The translations under genes were made by a program, and so were the position numbers. Shown here piece by piece: positions 58,667-64,000 of a stretch of 64,000 nucleotides of DNA. Origin of the DNA: Polyangiaceae bacterium (GTDB taxonomy: Bacteria > Myxococcota_A > Polyangia > Polyangiales > Polyangiaceae); contig JBILLK010000027.1 of NCBI GenBank assembly GCA_044376115.1, positions 1 through 64,000 of the forward strand. The letters run 5' to 3'. Positions within the stretch are counted from its first letter, which is position 1; each line of letters starts with the position of its first letter. The notes under the pieces were generated by a model. It had not been told where the DNA came from. It ran no database searches and saw only the letters and a list, made by a program, of their open reading frames with translations.

Positions 58667-59685
58667 ATGAAGAACGAGAAGCTCAACGTCGCGCGCACGT
58701 AGCCTGGGTGAAACGACGCTTGGGCTCCGAGTGGGGGCGGAGCACACTGCGCAAGCAGCTCGAGGCCGGCTTTCGATCGCTGCTGCGAGAGAACGTTGGG
58801 AAGCTGTTTGATGCCGCAGCGCTCGATCGGCTGGTGGATAGCTTCACAGCTGACCCTTGGCTGTCCCAGTCGACGCGGCCGATCTTGCGCACCGCCATCC
58901 TGCTCGAGATGGCGCGGCTGCGCGAGGACCCGAACAAGCTCGCTGCGTATGTTTCGCCCGAGGCGGTCGCGCTGATGAACGAGCTGCTCGCGCGGCCTGG
59001 CCTGTTGCCCGAGAAGTTCGTCAACAAGCTGCTCGGCCATACGGCCTTCGAACAGATCGCGCGCGACGTGCTCGACGACGCGTTGCGCGAGTTCTCCGAG
59101 AAGGTGGATCCGTTTCGCGCCGAGTGGGGTCTGCCCAGCTTGATGAAGCGCGGTGGCACCTTCTCGCTCGGTCTCTCGGCCATGGCCAAAGGCATCGACT
59201 CGATGCGTGACGAGCTGCAAAAGCGAGTCGAACCCGAGCGAAAGCGGTTCTTGCAAGCCTTCGCACGACGCGCGCTCGATACGGTCGCTGAGAACGTCGT
59301 GAAGCGAAGTGACGAGCCGCAGTTCATCGCCGTGCGCACCGAGTTGTTTGCTTGGCTGCTCGAACAGCCGGTGAGTGAGCTCGTTGCTACCCAAGCGCCG
59401 GCCGTCACCGAGCTCTTGGAGAAATTCGGGCATGCCGTTGCGCAGCACAACACGAGCGATGAAGGCGCAAAACGACGACGGCGCGCGCAGATCGATCTGT
59501 TGCTTCGCGCGCACGAGAAGCAGCCGCTCGAGGTTGCGTTGGCCGTCTACGGCGCGAAGCTCGAGCCCGACTTCGACGCCATCGTCGAGGTCGCCTGGCC
59601 GCTCGTGTTGCTGCTACTCGAGACGCCGGCCGTAGAGGCCTTCATCGACGAACTGGTGGGCGGGTTCTACGACGAGCCCGCCTGA
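58663..59685 (+). CDS. Hypothetical helical protein
   Basis: ATGA overlap with the upstream gene; 340 aa, amphipathic helices. Confidence 0.7.
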   Translation: MNEEREAQRRAHVAWVKRRLGSEWGRSTLRKQLEAGFRSLLRENVGKLFDAAALDRLVDSFTADPWLSQSTRPILRTAILLEMARLREDPNKLAAYVSPEAVALMNELLARPGLLPEKFVNKLLGHTAFEQIARDVLDDALREFSEKVDPFRAEWGLPSLMKRGGTFSLGLSAMAKGIDSMRDELQKRVEPERKRFLQAFARRALDTVAENVVKRSDEPQFIAVRTELFAWLLEQPVSELVATQAPAVTELLEKFGHAVAQHNTSDEGAKRRRRAQIDLLLRAHEKQPLEVALAVYGAKLEPDFDAIVEVAWPLVLLLLETPAVEAFIDELVGGFYDEPA

Positions 59686-59692
59686 GGGGCGT

Positions 59693-60451
59693 TCAGCCGC
59701 CCAAGTAAGCGCGCTGGATTTCCTCGTTGGCCGCGAGCTCGGCGGAAGGCCCCGACATGGCGATCTCGCCGGTGCGCAACACGTAGGCGCGTTTGGCATA
59801 GCGCAGCGCCAGCCGGGTGTTCTGCTCGACCAGCAGGATGGTGGTCCCGGAAGCGGCAACGCGCGCCACCGCCTCGAAGATTTGTTGCACCAGCTTGGGC
59901 GCGATCCCGAGCGAAGGCTCATCGAGCAGGAGCATCGCCGGGCGGGCCATCAACGCTCGACCGATCGCCAACATCTGTTGCTCGCCGCCGGAGAGCGTGC
60001 CGGCCTCCTGCTTCATGCGCTCGCCCAAGCGCGGAAACAGGCCAACCACGTCCTCGATGGTCTCGGCCATGAAGGCTTTGTTCTTGTGGTTGAAGGCACC
60101 GAGCTCGAGGTTCTCCTTCACTGTGAGCCCGCCAAAGATCGCGCGACCTTCAGGCACGAGCGAGATGCCGGCCTCCACGGTTTCCTCGACGCTCTTCTGC
60201 GCGAGGTCCTCACCGTCGTAGCGAACGCTACCGGCCGCGGCTGGGAGCAGCCGCACGACCGTCTTGAGCGTGGTGGACTTGCCAGCGCCGTTGGCGCCGA
60301 TCATCGCCACGATCTCCCCGCGCTTTACCTCGAGGTCGATGCCTTTGAGCGCCTTGATGCCGCCGTACGACACCGCGAGCCCCTGGATCGAAAGCAGCAC
60401 CTCGCCTGTCTTGCACCTGGGCTCGGGCCTCGTCGGATGGACCGTCTTCAT
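59693..60451 (-). CDS. livF: Branched-chain amino acid ABC transporter ATPase
   Basis: GANGAGKST, VPEGR.IF, LSGGEQQML, LLDEPSLG.AP. Confidence 0.93.
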   Translation of the reverse strand: MKTVHPTRPEPRCKTGEVLLSIQGLAVSYGGIKALKGIDLEVKRGEIVAMIGANGAGKSTTLKTVVRLLPAAAGSVRYDGEDLAQKSVEETVEAGISLVPEGRAIFGGLTVKENLELGAFNHKNKAFMAETIEDVVGLFPRLGERMKQEAGTLSGGEQQMLAIGRALMARPAMLLLDEPSLGIAPKLVQQIFEAVARVAASGTTILLVEQNTRLALRYAKRAYVLRTGEIAMSGPSAELAANEEIQRAYLGG

Positions 60452-61254
60452 CCTGCTGCTGCCTCACCGGCGTTCGATTCGTCGGGCTCTTCACCCAAGT
60501 ACGCCGCCAACACCTTGGGGTGCTTTTTGATCTCGGAGGGAACTCCGTGCGCGATCGTCTCACCGTGATCGAGCACGTGAATGTCTTCGCACACGCCCAT
60601 CACCACCTGCATGTTGTGCTCGACCAAGATCACCGTCAGCTTGAACTCGTCGCGCAACCAGCGGATCTGCTCTTTGAGGCCCTCGGCTTCCCCGTAGTTC
60701 ATACCGGCGGCAGGCTCATCGAGCAGGAGCAGCTTGGGCTTGAGCATCATCGCTCGAGCGATCTCCAAGCGACGTTGGTTGCCGTAGGAGAGCGAGGTGG
60801 ATTGCTCATGGGCCAGCCCGTCGAGCTTGAAGATGGCGAGGAGCTTGAGCGCTTCCTCCTCCATCGTGACCTCGTCGCTGAAGAAGCTCGGCGTGCGCAA
60901 GATGGCCGCCCCAAGGTGCGCCTTCCGCGTGTTCTCGCAGGCGACGAGCACGTTCTCGAGCACCGTCATGCTCTGAAACAGCCGAATGTTTTGGAACGTC
61001 CGAGCGATGCCGATGCGCGCGATCTCAGCGGGCTTGCGCTTGGCCAAGTTCACACCGTCAAACACGATCGAGCCCTCGAAGTCGTAGACGCCGGTGACCA
61101 GATTGAAGACTGTTGTCTTGCCCGCTCCGTTGGGTCCGATCAGGCCGAAGATGCTCTGCGCCGGCACCTCGAACGAGACGTTACTGACGGCTTTGAGTCC
61201 GCCGAACCGCTTCGACACGCCGGCCAAGCGAAGTGTGCCCTTGCCCGCGCTCAT
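60448..61254 (-). CDS. livG: Branched-chain amino acid ABC transporter ATPase
   Basis: FGGL.AV, GPNGAGKTT, ARTFQNIRLF, LSYG.QRRLEIARA, LLDEPAAG. Confidence 0.93.
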   Translation of the reverse strand: MSAGKGTLRLAGVSKRFGGLKAVSNVSFEVPAQSIFGLIGPNGAGKTTVFNLVTGVYDFEGSIVFDGVNLAKRKPAEIARIGIARTFQNIRLFQSMTVLENVLVACENTRKAHLGAAILRTPSFFSDEVTMEEEALKLLAIFKLDGLAHEQSTSLSYGNQRRLEIARAMMLKPKLLLLDEPAAGMNYGEAEGLKEQIRWLRDEFKLTVILVEHNMQVVMGVCEDIHVLDHGETIAHGVPSEIKKHPKVLAAYLGEEPDESNAGEAAAG

Positions 61255-62390
61255 GTGCTCGCGGCCTCGGCTGGTTCCGCTTCACGTCGCGCGCCCGGAG
61301 GCTTCGATCGGGTCGGGCCTTGCGGCTTGACGATCTCATTTTCGCCGAAGGCGCCAGAAGGCCGCACGATCATCAGCACCACCAGCACCACCGCGTACAC
61401 GACCATGCGCAGCGCGTTGAGGTCGAACTCGGGGTGAGCGACCTTCCAAGTCTCGATCGCGTCGAGGCGTTGGAGCTGCTCGATCATCTTCACCGTGACA
61501 GTGACGAAGATTCCTCCGAGCACTGCGCCGCTGACGCTGCCTGAGCCGCCGAGGATGACCATGGTGATGGCATCGAAGGAGTAGGCAAAGTTGAACTGCT
61601 CTGGCTGCACGGTTGGATTGCCGTCGCGCATGCCGGCAAGAAGCGCCCCTGCGATACCAGCGCCCATCGACGAAATCACGAAGGAGACGACCTTGTAGCG
61701 CGTCGGGTCTACGCCCACCGCCGCGGCTGCGATCTCATCCTCTCGCAGCGCGCGCAAAGCCCGGCCCCATCCCGAGAACTTGAGCCGCCAGGCGAGCACC
61801 GTGGCCAACATCACTCCACCGACGATCCAAAAAGGCCCGGCGTATTGCGCGATCCCGAAGTCCTTTGGTCCGGCATAGCCTTGCGGCCCACCGAGGTTCG
61901 AAAGCCAGCTGCGCAGCCCGGTCGCGCCGGTGCCGGGTGAAGAGGTGGAGATAAGCAGCCTGAAGATCTCGGCAAATCCGAGCGTGACGATGGCAAGGTA
62001 GTCCCCCTTCAAGCGGAGGCTCGGCAGCCCGACCAACAAGCCGAAGAACGCCGATACGATGGCAGCCGCAAGAATGGCCGGCGGCATCACCAGGAACGAG
62101 TTGCCGAAGGTGACCTCGGTAGCGCCGAGCGATGCGTGAATGTTGCTGGCAACGATGGCCGACGTGTACGCGCCCACGCCCACGAACCCCGCGTGGCCAA
62201 TCGAAAATTGCCCAGCCATGCCGTTGATGACGTTCAGCGACAACGCCACCACCACGTTCACGAGCGCCAGGGTGAACAGCTGCCGAAAGGCCGTGTCGGC
62301 GATGACCTTGTCCAAAAGAAACTCGGAGGCCACGGCGATCGCGAGCATCAACACGACCGTGACCAGACGTTTGGCTGTGGACGGCATCAC
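61251..62390 (-). CDS. livM: Branched-chain amino acid ABC transporter permease
   Basis: GQFSIGHAGF, LRLKGDYLAIVTLGFAEI, ALREDEIAA. Confidence 0.92.
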   Translation of the reverse strand: MMPSTAKRLVTVVLMLAIAVASEFLLDKVIADTAFRQLFTLALVNVVVALSLNVINGMAGQFSIGHAGFVGVGAYTSAIVASNIHASLGATEVTFGNSFLVMPPAILAAAIVSAFFGLLVGLPSLRLKGDYLAIVTLGFAEIFRLLISTSSPGTGATGLRSWLSNLGGPQGYAGPKDFGIAQYAGPFWIVGGVMLATVLAWRLKFSGWGRALRALREDEIAAAAVGVDPTRYKVVSFVISSMGAGIAGALLAGMRDGNPTVQPEQFNFAYSFDAITMVILGGSGSVSGAVLGGIFVTVTVKMIEQLQRLDAIETWKVAHPEFDLNALRMVVYAVVLVVLMIVRPSGAFGENEIVKPQGPTRSKPPGARREAEPAEAAST

Positions 62391-63016
62391 TTCACCACAC
62401 GCAAATAGGGAGGAAGCTTGCGGCGTGCTTTGCCGGCCTCCTGAGGCTCGTTGCTTTCGGAGCCTGTTCTCGTTTCATCGGCCTGGTCGGCGGCGTTTGG
62501 CTTGGTCACAGCCTCTTGCCTTCGCGCGTCGATTTTTCCTTTGCTGGCCCGTGAACCACGTCGTTCGGAGCCCTCCTCCGATTGCGGCGGATCGAGCGGC
62601 AACTCTTGTTGGACGCCCTTGCCCGCCGGCCGATCGAGCGTGCGAGCGAGCTGCGGTTTCGTGCGCTGCGGCTTCAGCAGCTGGCTCTCGAGCGGTACGT
62701 CCTCGGGCCAAACCACGCCTCTACCGTTGACGTCGCTGACGACCGCAAAGATCACCGACCACGGCATTTTGCACCAAAACGGTGAGCGATTGAAACTGAG
62801 GGTGCAGCTGACGGCCTCGGCCGTCACGAGCAGGTCGGGGATGGGCGGGCTGAGCGAATAGCCAACACGTAAAACGAGCTCGGGCTGTTTGGCGAACCAC
62901 GCCGGCACAACAGCGCCTTCGCGTCTCGGATCGATGAAGAGCCTCGCGCTCCCATTTTTCAGGAAGCTGTCGAGGACGTCCTTCTTCGGCGGCAGCTTTC
63001 CCGGCGGCTGTTCCAT
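62387..63016 (-). CDS. sspB: ClpXP adaptor SspB family protein
   Basis: V.VP, L..G, CTLSFNRSPF.C..PW..IFA, disordered tail ending PPYLRVVK. Confidence 0.85.
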   Translation of the reverse strand: MEQPPGKLPPKKDVLDSFLKNGSARLFIDPRREGAVVPAWFAKQPELVLRVGYSLSPPIPDLLVTAEAVSCTLSFNRSPFWCKMPWSVIFAVVSDVNGRGVVWPEDVPLESQLLKPQRTKPQLARTLDRPAGKGVQQELPLDPPQSEEGSERRGSRASKGKIDARRQEAVTKPNAADQADETRTGSESNEPQEAGKARRKLPPYLRVVK

Positions 63017-63127
63017 CAACAAGGGTCGGAGCCTACTGGACCTGAGACCAAACCAAAAGTCTGAGTCGGTCGCCTTCCCTCTCTGCGCTGCGCAAAAGCT
63101 TGGTAGCGTCTTTGGCCGGAGGATTCT

Positions 63128-64000
63128 GTGAATCAAGGCGACGGTGGAAATGGTGGGCCGAACGGGCCGTACGGGCCGGGGCCTGCGCAAGGCGGAGGTC
63201 CTCAAGGCTACGGGCCGCCTCCGGGTGCAACGGGTGGTTACGGCCCACCGCCGGGTTACGGTCCTCCACCTCAAGGTGGATACGGTCCTCCTCCCGCATA
63301 CGGTCCACCCAGTGGCCCACCGCCTGGCTACGGTCCACCCGGTGGTCCTCCTCCTCCCGCATACGGTCCACCGGGGGGGCCACCGCCTGGTTACGGCCCG
63401 CCGCCTGGCTACGGGGGAGCACCACCGGGATACGGGGCACCGCCAGGCCCGCCTGGCTGGGGACCACCGCCAGGGCCGCCCGGCTGGGGAGGCGCGCCCT
63501 ACGGTGGAGGAGCGCCGTTCGGTTCGGCTGGCGCGCCGTTCGGTTCGGCCGCGTACGGATATAGACCAGGTCCGCCGCCCAAGAGTTCTCCGGTCGCCGG
63601 CGGCATCGCGTTGGCGTGTGGTGGCCTATTCATCGCGCTGATCGCGATCGCGGTTTGGTTTGATACAGCCTACTCAGGCTTCGGGTCGGCCGCCGGTAGC
63701 GCCTTTTTCCTCGCCGGTAGCGCGGCCTTGGTGTTGTGGGGCGTCGCCCGCGCCATGGAGAAGAAGCCGCCGCTTTGGGCCTACGGCGCGGCCGTCGGCG
63801 GAAGCTTCCTGCTGTTCACTGCGATCGGCCCTTCGGTGAGCACCTCGAGCAAAGTCTCGAGCGAGAAGCGGCTGTATGAGGAATGCTCCAAGTCGACCAA
63901 CGCCAGCGACTGGAAGTACAAGTACGAGTCGAAGGTCCCCGAGCAGTTCCAACGCAAAGAGTGGCGTTTGGAGTGGATGCGAGCCCGCATCCGCGAGGCC
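63128..64000 (+). CDS. Pro/Gly/Tyr-rich membrane protein, runs off the window end (not in the ORF track)
   Basis: GGAGGA then GTG 63128; 291 open codons; (G/A)YGPP repeats followed by about three hydrophobic helices. Confidence 0.8.
   Translation, partial: MNQGDGGNGGPNGPYGPGPAQGGGPQGYGPPPGATGGYGPPPGYGPPPQGGYGPPPAYGPPSGPPPGYGPPGGPPPPAYGPPGGPPPGYGPPPGYGGAPPGYGAPPGPPGWGPPPGPPGWGGAPYGGGAPFGSAGAPFGSAAYGYRPGPPPKSSPVAGGIALACGGLFIALIAIAVWFDTAYSGFGSAAGSAFFLAGSAALVLWGVARAMEKKPPLWAYGAAVGGSFLLFTAIGPSVSTSSKVSSEKRLYEECSKSTNASDWKYKYESKVPEQFQRKEWRLEWMRARIREA

Noticed and set aside
63100..63641. ORF-track frames 63100-63564 and 63144-63641
   Set aside because: Arg-rich off-frame readings of the Pro/Gly/Tyr gene starting at 63128
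1..64000. tRNA, rRNA, IS elements, prophage or defence island
   Set aside because: None recognised by eye; the lone Uma2 gene is common in myxobacteria and has no defence neighbours

Overview
GC-rich bacterial chromosomal segment whose gene content (MYXO-CTERM-type C-terminal anchors, about 17 predicted lipoproteins, Cys-rich VWA lipoproteins, Ser/Thr kinase, DUF1592/DUF1552 pair) points to Myxococcota, probably Polyangiales (inference). About 58 genes; I recognised no rRNA, tRNA, CRISPR array or transposase. The left ~40 kb is accessory: serpin, ECF42 operon with a matching promoter, class A beta-lactamase plus GNAT, cytochrome P460, beta-carbonic anhydrase, adenylate cyclase, and TSP3 and beta-helix surface proteins. 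The right ~24 kb is more core-like: ssb, mgtE, merR, ihfA, GT2, sspB, livMGF. Best candidates for an undescribed system are (1) a co-oriented module of two STAS/SEC14-like proteins, an AurF-like diiron protein (split by two frameshifts) and an 82-aa helical protein, upstream of a Cys-rich lipoprotein, an HDOD protein and a Sel1-repeat kinase, and (2) a tandem pair of Cys-rich VWA lipoproteins with an AT-rich palindromic upstream region and a structured intergenic leader. Four genes are interrupted (Uma2, LRR and diiron by frameshifts, one by an in-frame TAG); this may be real decay or assembly error. Family assignments come from motif recognition only, with no database searches.
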